A stretch of 64,000 bases of DNA from Dehalococcoidia bacterium (GTDB taxonomy: Bacteria; Chloroflexota; Dehalococcoidia; Lucifugimonadales; UBA3495), in NCBI GenBank assembly GCA_965249355.1, contig CBDFLW010000004.1:446653-510652 (forward strand). Direction: 5' to 3'. Positions 36,724 to 46,446 of the stretch are shown here, piece by piece (positions within the stretch are counted from its first letter, which is position 1; each line of letters starts with the position of its first letter). A model generated the notes under the pieces. That model was not told the DNA's origin. It ran no database searches and worked only from the letters and a program-made list of their open reading frames with translations. A program made the position numbers and the translations under genes.

Positions 36724-38007
36724 TCAGTTAACAGTTTCGTGCAAAGTCTCGATGGGATGATATTCTCCGTCGGACCCAATTACGGTGAGAAACACGGTAT
36801 CGGAGCCCTGATTGTCACCACTCTCACCCGCGTAGCTGAGGGGGAAACCATCAATGGCGAAATCCCCATCTTCCAGTATGCTGCCCAGGAAGCATGAGCG
36901 AGTGACCTCACGCCCGCACCTTTCCAGCCCGGCAATGGCCAGCCGGCCCGCCAAGTAGCCTTCAAGGGAGACGAAACCCGGCGCAGCAACAGGATCAAAT
37001 TGCGACAGTGCCTCCAGGTAGGAGGCGACGACGGGCAGAGAGTCATCGGTGGGAAAAGGAACCACCTGCGTTACGTAGACGCCTTCACCGTCGGCCCCCA
37101 GCTGCCGTGCCAGGGCGTTGGAGCCAACGAACGAAATGGTGATGTACTCTGCATTCACCAGGCCGGTTTCTCGGGCCCATAGGATGAAGGAGGCGATCGG
37201 TTCATAGGCGCCTACCATGATTATCCCTTCGGGCTCGCCCTTGCTGAGATCCAAAAGCGCCGTCTTTACAGCCTTGGTGTTGCGGGGATAAAGCCCCACG
37301 GACACCGGTTTCATTCCGCGCCTCTGCAGGGCGGCCAGCGCGCCTTCGTAGCCGGCATTGCCGAAAGAGTCGTCCTGGTAGAGCACCGCGATGCGTTCAA
37401 TACCGAGATCCGTGGTGAACCGCTCCACCATCTCCTCTGTTTCCTGGTTGTAGGAGGCGCGGAGGTTCACGATGTTGGACCAGCGGGACTCTCGCAGGAA
37501 TGCCGCACCCGTGAAAGGAGCAACGAACGGGATGTTTTCGTCGGCAGCCATGGGGGTTGCCGAACGGGAGGTGGGTGTGCCGACCTCCCCGATCAAGGCA
37601 AACACGACGTGCGTCCGGATCAGTTCCCTGGTGTTTGTGGCAGCCAACCCCGGCTCGTAGGTATCATCCAGGGATACCAGACGCAACTGTCGGCCGTGGA
37701 TGCCGCCCCTCTTGTTAACCTCCGCAAACGCGGCCTCTATGCCCAGGCGCACGTTGATGCCAAGCTCGCGAGCCGGCCCGGTGAAGGCAGCAGATTGGCC
37801 GAAGAGGATGGTGTCTTTGGTGATGCCCTCGCGGGCCGCCTGCGGCTCGGTGGTGGCTGGGGGTCTCGCGGTCGAGGTTTCCGTGGGCGCAGGCGTCGAG
37901 TTGCAGGCCAGCAGACCGATGACCAGCGCGAGGGCGGAAGCGCAGGTGACCATGCGAGACCACCGGAGCAGGCAGGCAGGACGGAATGTTCCGTTCACTT
38001 GGTCCAT
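36724..38007 (-). CDS. LivK-type (Peripla_BP_6) periplasmic substrate-binding protein
   Basis: Signal/lipobox region LVIGLLACNS, then ILFGQSAAFTGPARELGINVRLGIEAAFAEVNKRGGIHGRQL. Confidence 0.85.
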   Translation of the reverse strand: MDQVNGTFRPACLLRWSRMVTCASALALVIGLLACNSTPAPTETSTARPPATTEPQAAREGITKDTILFGQSAAFTGPARELGINVRLGIEAAFAEVNKRGGIHGRQLRLVSLDDTYEPGLAATNTRELIRTHVVFALIGEVGTPTSRSATPMAADENIPFVAPFTGAAFLRESRWSNIVNLRASYNQETEEMVERFTTDLGIERIAVLYQDDSFGNAGYEGALAALQRRGMKPVSVGLYPRNTKAVKTALLDLSKGEPEGIIMVGAYEPIASFILWARETGLVNAEYITISFVGSNALARQLGADGEGVYVTQVVPFPTDDSLPVVASYLEALSQFDPVAAPGFVSLEGYLAGRLAIAGLERCGREVTRSCFLGSILEDGDFAIDGFPLSYAGESGDNQGSDTVFLTVIGSDGEYHPIETLHETVN

Positions 38008-38150
38008 CTACTTCGGTCTCCCGTTTGCGCCACTCGAATCGGGCATCCCCGGCAAGCCACAAAAAATTAAAGGAAACGGCCCCATTCTGCGCTCCCTGTA
38101 GCACGATCCTGAAGACGTTCCCCAAAGGTTAACGGTCTTGGATATCCGGG

Positions 38151-38588
38151 TCACTCCCTCTTGGCTACCATCTTGAGGCGATTTCTTCCCGCGGCGCGCT
38201 GATATGAGAGGTCGTCCATCAGCGTACGAACGAGGTGCACACCCAGACCGCCGATCGACCTGTCCTCTACCGTGGCTTCCACCTCAGGCTCGGCAGCGTC
38301 CTGGAGCGGATTGAACGGTTGCCCATCATCCGAGACCTCGATGGTGAGGGCGTCGTTCTCAGAGGTGAGGATGATTTCGATTTCCGGGCGACGGTCAGTA
38401 CCGGCGCCACCGTAGTTGAGGATGTTCAGCCCCAGCTCCTCCAGGACCAGGTTTACCTTGAATACCAGGCTGTCAGGCCAAGATTCGCGCTGCCCCAGTT
38501 CCTCCACGGATCCCTGGATGTACTGCAGGCTGTCCGCGTTGCTTGCCCCCAAATCCGGCCCGATTTTCAGGTAGACAGTCTCGCCCAA
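38151..38588 (-). CDS. anti-sigma-factor-type serine kinase (RsbW/SpoIIAB-like HATPase_c_2)
   Basis: ...VNLVLEELGLNILNYG...LTIEVSDDGQPFNP...GGLGVHLVRTLMD. Start codon lies 2 nt after the stop of the upstream PP2C gene. Confidence 0.8.
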   Translation of the reverse strand: MGETVYLKIGPDLGASNADSLQYIQGSVEELGQRESWPDSLVFKVNLVLEELGLNILNYGGAGTDRRPEIEIILTSENDALTIEVSDDGQPFNPLQDAAEPEVEATVEDRSIGGLGVHLVRTLMDDLSYQRAAGRNRLKMVAKRE

Positions 38589-38590
38589 GG

Positions 38591-39775
38591 TTAGCCTCCA
38601 ACCCGTCGGAGAACCAGGCAGGTTACATCGTCCGACTGGGGAGTCTCGCCTGCGAAGTCTTTCACCGCCTCGAGTATCGCCTCGTTGGCTTCCCTGGCGG
38701 AGGCGGGCATCCGATCAACGAAAATCTGCTTCAGGCGATCAACGCTAAATTCCTCGCTTTCAGAATTCATGGCCTCGGAAACTCCGTCGGTGTAGAGAAC
38801 CAGAATGTCTCCGGGAGCCAGGGTAACGCTGGATTCCTTGAATTCGAGTCCGGGCATCACCCCCAGCGCAATTCCGCCGGTGAGCGGAAGTTCCTCCGAT
38901 GACCCGTCGTGGTGCACCAGCAGTGGGTTGTTGTGGCCGCCATTGGCGTATATCAGCACGCCGGTCTCCGGGTCGTACACCGTGTAGAGAAGGGTCACAA
39001 ACATGAACGCTTCATTATCTGCGTTCAGCAGGTCGTTGACCTCGGACAGTACCGCCCCTGGATCGCCCATGCCTATGGCCGCTCCCTTCAGCAATGTGCG
39101 GCTGGACATCATGAACAATGCTGCCGGCACCCCCTTGTCCGACACGTCTGCGACAGCTAGTCCCAAGCGATCGTTTCCCAGCCTGATCACGTCGAAGAAG
39201 TCCCCACCCACGTTTCGGGCCGGGGCCATGTTGCCATAAACCTCGAAATCATCCCCTTCGGGAAAGCTGGCGGGCAAGATACTCTGCTGGATCTTGCTGG
39301 CCACATCCAGTTCATTCTGCAGGGCGACCAGCTTGTCGCGCGAGAGCAGCGCCTCCTTCCACTCGGCCATGTGGGTAAGGGTTCGTTCAATAGTGATCTG
39401 GAGGTCTTCAAAATCAAGGGGTTTTGTTACGAAATCGAATGCTCCCCGGTTCATGGCGGTACGGATGTTCCGCATGTCGCCATATGCCGAGACTATAACC
39501 GCCCGAATGTTGGGGTCCACTTTGGGGATCTGTTCCAGCAGGGTGAGGCCGTCCATCTGTGGCATGTTGATGTCGGAGACCACCATGTCGATGTCGGCGT
39601 CAGACCGCAGGACCTCCAATGCTTCGACCCCGTTATGGGCAAAGACAAATGCATAGCGCCCGGCCCTGATATTCCGTCTCATCCTCTGCAGGATAAGCGG
39701 TTCCAGGTCGGGCTCGTCATCTACTACAAGGATCTTATAAGACTCTGTCGGCTTGTCCTGAGCCGAAGTCACCAT
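38591..39775 (-). CDS. response-regulator receiver fused to a PP2C/SpoIIE phosphatase (RsbU-like)
   Basis: ILVVDDEPDLEPLI...DINMPQMDGLTL (receiver), then GGDFFDV...LAVADVSDKGVPAA...TDGVSEA...DDVTCLVL (PP2C). Confidence 0.9.
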   Translation of the reverse strand: MVTSAQDKPTESYKILVVDDEPDLEPLILQRMRRNIRAGRYAFVFAHNGVEALEVLRSDADIDMVVSDINMPQMDGLTLLEQIPKVDPNIRAVIVSAYGDMRNIRTAMNRGAFDFVTKPLDFEDLQITIERTLTHMAEWKEALLSRDKLVALQNELDVASKIQQSILPASFPEGDDFEVYGNMAPARNVGGDFFDVIRLGNDRLGLAVADVSDKGVPAALFMMSSRTLLKGAAIGMGDPGAVLSEVNDLLNADNEAFMFVTLLYTVYDPETGVLIYANGGHNNPLLVHHDGSSEELPLTGGIALGVMPGLEFKESSVTLAPGDILVLYTDGVSEAMNSESEEFSVDRLKQIFVDRMPASAREANEAILEAVKDFAGETPQSDDVTCLVLRRVGG

Positions 39776-39793
39776 CTGTTCCGGCCCTCTCCC

Positions 39794-39853
39794 GAAGATA
39801 CTTCCCTACTATTGCTGTTGGCAGGAAGATACTTCCCTACTATTGGCAGGAAG
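39794..39853. repeat. 31-bp-period direct duplication in the STAS / PP2C intergenic spacer
   Basis: GAAGATACTTCCCTACTATTG at 39794-39814 and 39825-39845. TTGGCAGGAAG is also repeated (39818 and 39843). Confidence 0.7.
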
Positions 39854-39889
39854 GGATACCCCGCAGTGGCCCCCGGTTGGTAAGACTGG

Positions 39890-40228
39890 CTAGCTGCTGA
39901 CCGCGCTCACTGCGGTCTGCTGGTCGTCGTGAATGTCGATGATCTGGTCAAACCCGCTGATGGTGAAGACGTCGCGAACCGACTGGGACAGCGAGCACAC
40001 AACAAACTTCACGTTGGCGGTACGCATGTCTTTGGCGGTCAGCAGGATGACTCGCAAGCCTGCGCTGCTGATATAAGAAAGGTCTTCAAAATCCAGTATT
40101 ACGGCCTTGTCGTCAGGTGATATGACACCTTTCAGGGCGTCCTGAAACTCAGAGGCGTTGGTCCCATCGACCCGTCCGCCAGTCTTGGCGATCAGAGTTC
40201 CACCATCTCTTTGTGCGTTAATGTCCAT
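39890..40228 (-). CDS. STAS-domain anti-sigma-factor antagonist (RsbV/SpoIIAA-like)
   Basis: ...VILDFEDLSYISSAGLRVILLTAK...VCSLSQSVRDVFTISGF. ATG at 40228 is preceded by GGGAG (the ORF track starts at GTG 40267). Confidence 0.85.
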   Translation of the reverse strand: MDINAQRDGGTLIAKTGGRVDGTNASEFQDALKGVISPDDKAVILDFEDLSYISSAGLRVILLTAKDMRTANVKFVVCSLSQSVRDVFTISGFDQIIDIHDDQQTAVSAVSS

Positions 40229-40615
40229 GTTACTCCCAATACTCACAGTGTTAGGCGCGTGTTCCACTTGCCAAGGCTACAGGTAAGTGTGCCGCTTGAT
40301 CCTGCCGGCGTCTTATCCCTTTGCTGCCAGCCACGAGTACAGAGGCCAGTATAATACAATCCCACCATAGCTTGACATAGCTCGCCTTTGCGGACGGCAC
40401 GCGATTTTCCCCTGGATGCTCCCAGTAGGCAACCAGCGAAGACGGGTCCCCCTGTGCCGTAGCGGCCGAGTCGCCCGGCCGTGTGTGGCGCCCTTGATCT
40501 GTGCCGGATTGCTACGGCCCCAGCCGACAGGAAACGCGGGTGCATTCTCTCCGACAATAGCTTCCGCCGCAAAGCCGTCCTCATTTCGCCAACGGAACGC
40601 CCTGGGAGAGCGGGT

Positions 40616-41659
40616 TCATGGCAGGTGGGGCACGACGCGGTCCATGAGTAGAGACAGAGACTTCATCTGCAGGTCGTACGGGATGCGCCGGCCCAGGTTG
40701 TTCTCGAAAACGATGTGGGAAAGCTGCAGTTCCTCCGTCAGTTGGAGCAGGCGGTCGAGAACCGACTCAGGCGTGCCGAACACCACCTTGTCGCGCAGCC
40801 AGTCGTCGTAATCCATGGCGAGTATCCGGTCGGACTCGGCCTGCCAGTTGCCGGGGGTCCCCTCCCGCGTAGCGCTGGCAGCCACGCGCACGCCAAGGTT
40901 CTGCAACTGGGTGAGGGTGCTTTCCTTTGGCTCCTCGTAAGCCTGCTTCCCGGTTTCTGCCAAGTACACCGGGAGGCGTATGCCCACGTTGCCTTCGCCG
41001 GGGTGGCCCGCCTCTATCCATGCCTTCTTGTAGGCGTTGACGTGCTCGGCCAGGTCTGACAGGGCGAACACCCTGGAGGGATTCACGAAGACCGGGTAGC
41101 CCATCCGCCCAATGATCGGGAACGTCTCGGCGGAGGTTATGCCCACCCTGATCGGGGGGTGGGGTTTCTGGTAGGGCTTGGGTCTCACGGCAAGGTCGTA
41201 GCAGCGGTAATGCTCGCCCTCGAAGGAGAACTGCTCTGTGCTCCAGGCCTTGAGGATGATCTCCAGGTATTCCTCGAACCTGCCCCTGCTCTCCGGGTAG
41301 GGAGACAGAAAGGCGTCATGGTGCTCCGGGAAGGTGCCCCGGCCGATTCCGAGGTCCAGTCTCCCCTGGCTGATGTGGTCGAGGGTGGCGATTTCCTCCG
41401 CGATCCGGATGGGGTTGCCCAACGGCAGAAGCAGCACCCCCAGGCCGATGCGGATGCGCTCTGTGCGGCTGGCGACGGCCGTGGCGACCATCACCGGAGC
41501 AGAAAGTACGCTGAAGGGGATGAAGTGGTACTCGGCCAGCCAGACCGACTCCACGCCCATTCTCTCTGCCGCCGCCGCCATCCGGAACCCTTCCTGGAAG
41601 GCCTGATGGTCGGTTACGTCTTCGAGGGCCGGAAACTCAAGGAACAGTCCGGTTTGCAT
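40616..41659 (-). CDS. LLM-class flavin-dependent oxidoreductase (luciferase-like monooxygenase)
   Basis: MQTGLFLEFP...VWLAEYHF...LDHISQGRLDLGIGRG. Confidence 0.85.
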   Translation of the reverse strand: MQTGLFLEFPALEDVTDHQAFQEGFRMAAAAERMGVESVWLAEYHFIPFSVLSAPVMVATAVASRTERIRIGLGVLLLPLGNPIRIAEEIATLDHISQGRLDLGIGRGTFPEHHDAFLSPYPESRGRFEEYLEIILKAWSTEQFSFEGEHYRCYDLAVRPKPYQKPHPPIRVGITSAETFPIIGRMGYPVFVNPSRVFALSDLAEHVNAYKKAWIEAGHPGEGNVGIRLPVYLAETGKQAYEEPKESTLTQLQNLGVRVAASATREGTPGNWQAESDRILAMDYDDWLRDKVVFGTPESVLDRLLQLTEELQLSHIVFENNLGRRIPYDLQMKSLSLLMDRVVPHLP

Positions 41660-41851
41660 GGTGCCTCCTGTAGGCTCTCAGAGGCTGGAGAACCACTGAA
41701 AGGAATGCGGCTGCGCCACGCTGAATATACCAGATTCCGGGGCGAAGCCGTGAACCGGACGGAACGTTCACGCAGGAGCGGGCAAAAGGCAAGCTGCCCT
41801 CGATACTGGAAAGCGCAGAACTCCCATACAAAGAGGCGAGAGAAGATGGAG

Positions 41852-41927
41852 TGGTACCCCTGGAGGGACTCGAACCCCCGACGCGCGACTTAGGACGCCG
41901 CCGCTCTATCCTCTGAGCTACAGGGGC
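41852..41927 (-). tRNA. tRNA-Arg (anticodon CCU), CCA encoded
   Basis: Hand-folded: GCCCCTG-TA-GCTC-AGAGGATA-GAGC-G-GCGGC-GTCCTAA-GTCGC-GCGTC-GGGGG-TTCGAGT-CCCTC-CAGGGGT-A-CCA. Position 32 is an unusual G, so a tRNA scanner should confirm it. Confidence 0.8.
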
Positions 41928-42398
41928 AAGGTGCGGTGCCGCCGGTGTGGTGGAGACTGCCGGAACGTACTTTCCATGTGATCAGCTTTGATTGACGGGA
42001 ATCTAGGACTATTTTGCGGTTCTTTCCCACAATGTGTTGAAACGCCGTGGGACTATGGGAGACCATAGCTCCGCGCCGAGGGGCCGATGATTGAGTCGGC
42101 ACGCTCCAAGACCACTGGCTCTCCACCGGGCGATTGCTTTTGACATCGTCCACCATAAAGAGCATCCCAAAAGGTAGGTGTTGTGTCAAGTGGCACCAGC
42201 GGGAATCGTGTTCCGTGGGCGGCTGTTATCGATGTGGAGAGGGGCTTCGGGTAAGACGGCCTGTGGAATTACGTGGACCGTGCCGCCGGTATTCGAGGAA
42301 GAGACCCATTTCGCGCACTGCTGCCTGGCATCCCGGTCTGGGATTAGCTGTCGGCGGCCACCTCCCTGATAAGGCCAAGGTCACTGGTTCGAGGCTAG

Positions 42399-43299
42399 GG
42401 CGTGTTTTCAAACTATAGCCAGAGCAGGGTCGATGCGATTTGCAGCATGGACAGATAGTTTTCAGCCCTCTTTTCGTATCTGCTGGCGATACGGCGGAAT
42501 TGCTTTAACCGGTTGATTGCCCGCTCTACCAGGTTGCGTGTCCGGTATAGGACCCGGTCGAAGGGACCGGTGCGCCGCTCATTCTTTTTCCTTGGGATGG
42601 TGTGGCGAATTCCCCGCCGTCTGAGATAGGCGCGAATCTTGCGGCTGCTGTAACCTTTGCCGCCACAGACCCCTTTGTCGCCACAGACCCGCTCGGGTCT
42701 GCTGCGAGGACGGCCACGCCCGGGTCTTTTCACCGCCCCCTGGGTCATCAACTCTTCGAATACGGTGGCCTCATGCTGCTGTCCCGGGGTCAGAACGAAG
42801 GCCACCGGCTTGGCCCGGCCCTCCACCCGTACGTGGACTTTCGTTCCAAATCCTCCCTGGGAGCGCCCCAACGCCTGGTCTCCTCCCCCTTTTTGCGGCG
42901 GCGGCGTGCTGATGCGCCCGAACCACCGTGCCGTCCACATAATGACCTCCCAGTCTATCTGCCCGCCAGCATCGGCCTGCTGCTGCACCTCAGCCAAGAG
43001 CCGGTCCCACAGTCCCAGCTGGCGCCACCGGTAGAACCGGGTGGCTGCCGTACGCCAAGGGCCATACCGCTCCGGCAGGTCCCGCCATGGGTCTCCGGTG
43101 CGCAGCACCCACAAAATGCCGTTGATGACCGTGCGATGGTCTTTGCCGGGCCGTCCGGTCTTTGGCTTCTGCGCCGGCAACAACGGCTCCAGCCGCTGCC
43201 ACTGTTGATCCGTCAAGTCCCCTCGTCCCACCACACATCACCTCTTCCCTTACTCGTCAACCTCAGTTTAACCCCGCTGCTATAGTTTGAAAACACGCC
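42399..43299 (-). mobile_element. IS5-family (IS427-group-like) insertion sequence, 901 bp
   Basis: Perfect 21-bp terminal inverted repeats GGCGTGTTTTCAAACTATAGC (42399-42419) and GCTATAGTTTGAAAACACGCC (43279-43299), flanked by CTAG on both sides (42395-42398 and 43300-43303). Confidence 0.9.
42413..43234 (-). CDS. IS5-family DDE transposase
   Basis: LTDQQWQRLEPLLP...GRPGKDHRTVINGILWVLRTGDPWRDLPERYGPW...ALGRSQGGFGTKVHV...YRTRNLVERAINRLKQFRRIASRYEKRAENYL. Codons about 100-118 (42880-42940) make family sense only in another frame. Confidence 0.85.
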   Translation of the reverse strand: MVGRGDLTDQQWQRLEPLLPAQKPKTGRPGKDHRTVINGILWVLRTGDPWRDLPERYGPWRTAATRFYRWRQLGLWDRLLAEVQQQADAGGQIDWEVIMWTARWFGRISTPPPQKGGGDQALGRSQGGFGTKVHVRVEGRAKPVAFVLTPGQQHEATVFEELMTQGAVKRPGRGRPRSRPERVCGDKGVCGGKGYSSRKIRAYLRRRGIRHTIPRKKNERRTGPFDRVLYRTRNLVERAINRLKQFRRIASRYEKRAENYLSMLQIASTLLWL

Positions 43300-43380
43300 C
43301 TAGTCCGGGCCCACCACACCTGCCAAAATCGAGAGCCTTCGTGTTCGGGTTCGGGCTGAAGCTGTAGGTGTGGGTGGCTT

Positions 43381-43521
43381 GTTGTCGTCAGGCTTGGTCA
43401 TGATGAACGGACCCAGACATACATGCAGCGTCGCACCACCGAGGGTATGAGCAATACTGAGGTGATACGCTGCCTCAAACGCTATGTCGCTCGCGAGGTC
43501 TTCTCCTGCCGACGAGACTGA
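43381..43521 (+). pseudogene. IS110-family transposase, 3'-terminal fragment
   Basis: ...DERTQTYMQRRTTEGMSNTEVIRCLKRYVAREVFSCRRD*. The RCLKRYxAREV tail is typical of IS110-family transposases (from memory). There are no start or N-terminal domains. Confidence 0.6.
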
Positions 43522-43707
43522 ATCGACATTGTTAGGTGCCCATCTTGACATCTATTGGAGCATCGGGCTCTATATCTGTGGTGGTCTTCCCTTGTCTTTA
43601 CGGTCTAGCGCCCCGCGCCGACCGGCTCCTCTTCCCGCTCATGCTCAGGGGACTGCTGCTCCGCCAGCCCCGGGCTTCCAGAACTCTCCCGATAAGCTTC
43701 CAGCGCT

Positions 43708-44236
43708 TCACCACGGCCTTCCCCCGAGCGTCAGGCTTCCCGGGGCGAGATGGAGACCCCGGTCAGCGCCGTGCCGCTCTCCGCCGCTAGCGCAACGGGC
43801 AGCGCCGACCCAAGCCGGCACAACCCGCTCTGCGGCCCATCGCTGAATTGTCCCGGCCCAATGCTCAGGGCCGCATCTAATCAGGGCCGCATCTAAAGGG
43901 TAGCACCCCCTACGGCAACTCTCACAATAGAATAGCCCCGCCGCCAGGTGATTCTTCCCACAAGGGTCTCCTGGCTCCGCTGTAGCTGATCCTTGTACCT
44001 GAATTCCTGACCCCACCCACACCGGGGAATCCTTCCAGTTCCCGGGAACGCCACAGCGGCAGTCCCTCCAGCAATGGGGCGAAACAGTCCCGGCTCAACC
44101 GGCGGGCCTCCTCTTCCGATTCTCCCAAAGCGGCCCGGGGATGCGTTTCCTCGCAGTCGAATTTCGCGCTGACGCGCTGCTCAAACCCCGCCACACTATC
44201 TCCGGGCAGCAGCGCCCGCTGGCTCCGTGTGCTCAC
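43708..44236 (-). pseudogene. transposase N-terminal remnant (ISKra4-like zinc-ribbon region), frame-broken
   Basis: ORF 43708..44022 contains FYCESCRRGCYPLDAAL, the same C..C...(F/Y)PLD motif as the IS at 2733. It overlaps a second ORF piece (43922..44236), and no DDE domain follows. Confidence 0.4.
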
Positions 44237-44941
44237 GCTTCCCTCCGGGATTCGGCCTTTCAGCCGGTTTCTGCACCCGTAGGGTAGCTTTACTCTCTAT
44301 GGGCTTTGCACCAAAAGTCCTAGTTGTTCCAAAAGTCTTAGAATGGCACTTCTCATAGGACTACTCCGGCTTTGACTTGAAAAAAGCGTCTGGCTGAACT
44401 CCGCTATAGCTAAATCTCTTTGCAACCCCATGCAATAACGCCGAGGCCAGCCACTAACGCCATCAGTGTCGTAAAGGGTCGCCCAAGCAACCCAAGTCGT
44501 TCCTCTATCACTCTGACCAACCCGCTTCTGCGTGCGTCTCAGATTCACGGCGCCAGTCAGCGGTCTTTACCAGTTCTGTGTTCTTTCATCGTAGTTGATG
44601 AGAAAACTGCGAAACTCTGGGGGATGAATATCGGTTGAGATCTTCGTAGGAATGGAGGCTGATTTCGGAGTTCGGGAGGCGGGAAACTGGCTGGCAATTA
44701 TCGCTGCCGTCTGCCAACAAGTGCCGAAGGCCCGGGTGGTGTCTCTATACTACTTGCGGCCCTTGATCCGGATCATCGGGCTCGTGAAGCCCAGAGGCTT
44801 CCGTCGCTTGGGTTTCTTGAGCTTTAGCACGCTGGCCGTAGCTCGGAGAGGCGGTTGCCGGTAGTTAGAGGGAGGTTTCTTACCGGCAACCCTGTTGCTA
44901 CTTTGGCTACCGGAAAGGTTCAATTCCGGTTCATCCAGCGA

Positions 44942-45244
44942 CTAGGGAGATGAGAATTCGCTGGCCTCCGGTGAACCGTCTCCGGGTGAGGGACCGGGAA
45001 GAGGGCCACTTGGAACAAGGCCGCCCAGCTCATCACCGTCATCCGGCGGTTTGTGCAGCATGGAGAATCCTATCTTCAATCCTATCTTCGATGTATCCCC
45101 CACTTCCAGGTTGCTATTCTCAATAAGCCGCAGGAGGTCATTGCGCTGTTCAGTAGATGTAATCGTGACCTCACGCGGCGGGTCCAGTGCGGCGGCCTTC
45201 AATTTGGGCAGTGCTGTTTCAGTTTTCGATATGTCCTCTTCCAC
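44942..45244 (-). CDS. hypothetical protein (third gene of the low-GC cassette)
   Basis: GTG start 3 nt after the upstream TAG. 100 aa with an acidic/Pro-rich C-terminus. A hairpin (gttgccggta ... taccggcaac, 44854-44890) follows. Confidence 0.35.
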   Translation of the reverse strand: MEEDISKTETALPKLKAAALDPPREVTITSTEQRNDLLRLIENSNLEVGDTSKIGLKIGFSMLHKPPDDGDELGGLVPSGPLPGPSPGDGSPEASEFSSP

Positions 45245-45247
45245 TTC

Positions 45248-45522
45248 CTACGAGTCGCTCACATTTTCGTAGAAATCCCGGCGTCCCAAAAAATAGATTC
45301 TTTCCACATCGGCACCGAGCTGCCCATCTCTCATTTCTGTAGCAATTTCTCTCCCTATCACATCTGTGTCACGGTTGGAACGGTGCGGCCTTTCTCTGGA
45401 ATCAGCAATGACTGTCAGGTATTGCACCGCCGCACCGTAAGCCTTATTCCCAGCTTGTAGGGCTTGTAGGCGGTGGCCTTTTCCAGTTTCTCCCACGCGT
45501 GGATGATGAAACGGTCGCCCAT
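45248..45522 (-). pseudogene. PaREP1/HEPN-superfamily-like small protein, one frameshift
   Basis: ATG at 45522 gives MGDRFIIHAWEKLEKATAYKPYKLG. After a shift near 45443-45455 the ORF 45248..45496 continues NKAYGAAVQYLTVIADSRERPHRSNRDTDVIGREIATEMRDGQLGADVERIYFLGRRDFYEN. This fits the EKxWGAxxxxLxxIAxxRxxxHxSHRD...LHxNFYE pattern I recall for PaREP1. Confidence 0.4.
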
Positions 45523-45635
45523 TTGGAATCTCGCCTCTCTTGGATGGTCCGTGCTGGGGGGAGGCAATTTAGGTGCGCTCGCCATAATCCCTTCTCAGGC
45601 TGGTATGGGTTCATTTCGGCAAAGTTGGGGGGTGG

Positions 45636-46388
45636 TCATAGCGTCCCCTGTTCCTCAGCCAAGGACTCGCCGTCCGGCTCCGGCGATATGAGCCCAGGTT
45701 TCAAGGCTTCGAGCATTTTCATCATCTGGTCCCAAGTGGTGCTGGGGATGGGGAAGGGAGCTTGAAGCGTAGCCCACTTCGTGCCTGGCAAGGGAATCGT
45801 CACAGAGCGCGTATCCGAGTCCGGTGTTGGAAGGGAGTCTGATGGCACAACCATTGGCTCTTCTCTCTCAGCGTCGACGTCTTGATTTTGTGCCGCCATA
45901 TTATCAGATTCGTCTAGCCCCGCATAGACCATCGACGCCCGGAAAACGGCAATGAGGCGGCTAGCTCCCTCGCCGGTGAAGTTCCGCTGAACAATAAGGT
46001 GCTGACGCAACGCATCATCCGCTGCATCGGGCATGGCCCGGTGTAGTTCTTCAAAAATATCGGGGGCTAACGCTGCCACTCTCAGGGTGTCACGGTGCTC
46101 CCGTGCCCCAGGCTCTCTTAGGATGAGGGTCAATGCTCGATTTGACAGCTTAGGATTGTCCCCCTTCTTTCCCTCCAACATACCGTATTGCCTGAGTGCA
46201 GCTATACGGTTCTTCACAGGCCCGCTGGTGCTACTGAAGTTCCATGCTCCAGCCGCGTCTTGAGGGGTAAATTCCCCTCTCCCAACTCCACGGCCCTGAG
46301 CCGCCCCTTGATATAGAGTCTCCACAACCTGGACTGCCTCTTGCAAATCTATAGCAGGGTAGTTCGGGCTGCGACGCTTAACAGCCAC
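45636..46388 (-). CDS. hypothetical protein, 250 aa (first gene of the low-GC cassette)
   Basis: Long ORF with ordinary composition in a locally low-GC block. N-terminus RRSPNYPAIDLQEAVQVVETLY, an acidic linker, then C-terminal TIPLPGTKWATLQAPFPIPSTTWDQMMKMLEALKP. I recognise no family. Confidence 0.55.
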   Translation of the reverse strand: MAVKRRSPNYPAIDLQEAVQVVETLYQGAAQGRGVGRGEFTPQDAAGAWNFSSTSGPVKNRIAALRQYGMLEGKKGDNPKLSNRALTLILREPGAREHRDTLRVAALAPDIFEELHRAMPDAADDALRQHLIVQRNFTGEGASRLIAVFRASMVYAGLDESDNMAAQNQDVDAEREEPMVVPSDSLPTPDSDTRSVTIPLPGTKWATLQAPFPIPSTTWDQMMKMLEALKPGLISPEPDGESLAEEQGTL

Positions 46389-46446
46389 TTGTTACTCCTT
46401 CTAGGCCATTTGTCTTTTGATATTAACCTACCATACCGTAGTCCAG

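Noticed and set aside
43300-43551. 83-aa minus-strand ORF.
   Set aside because: It is antisense to the IS110-type C-terminal fragment, which has a recognisable conserved tail.
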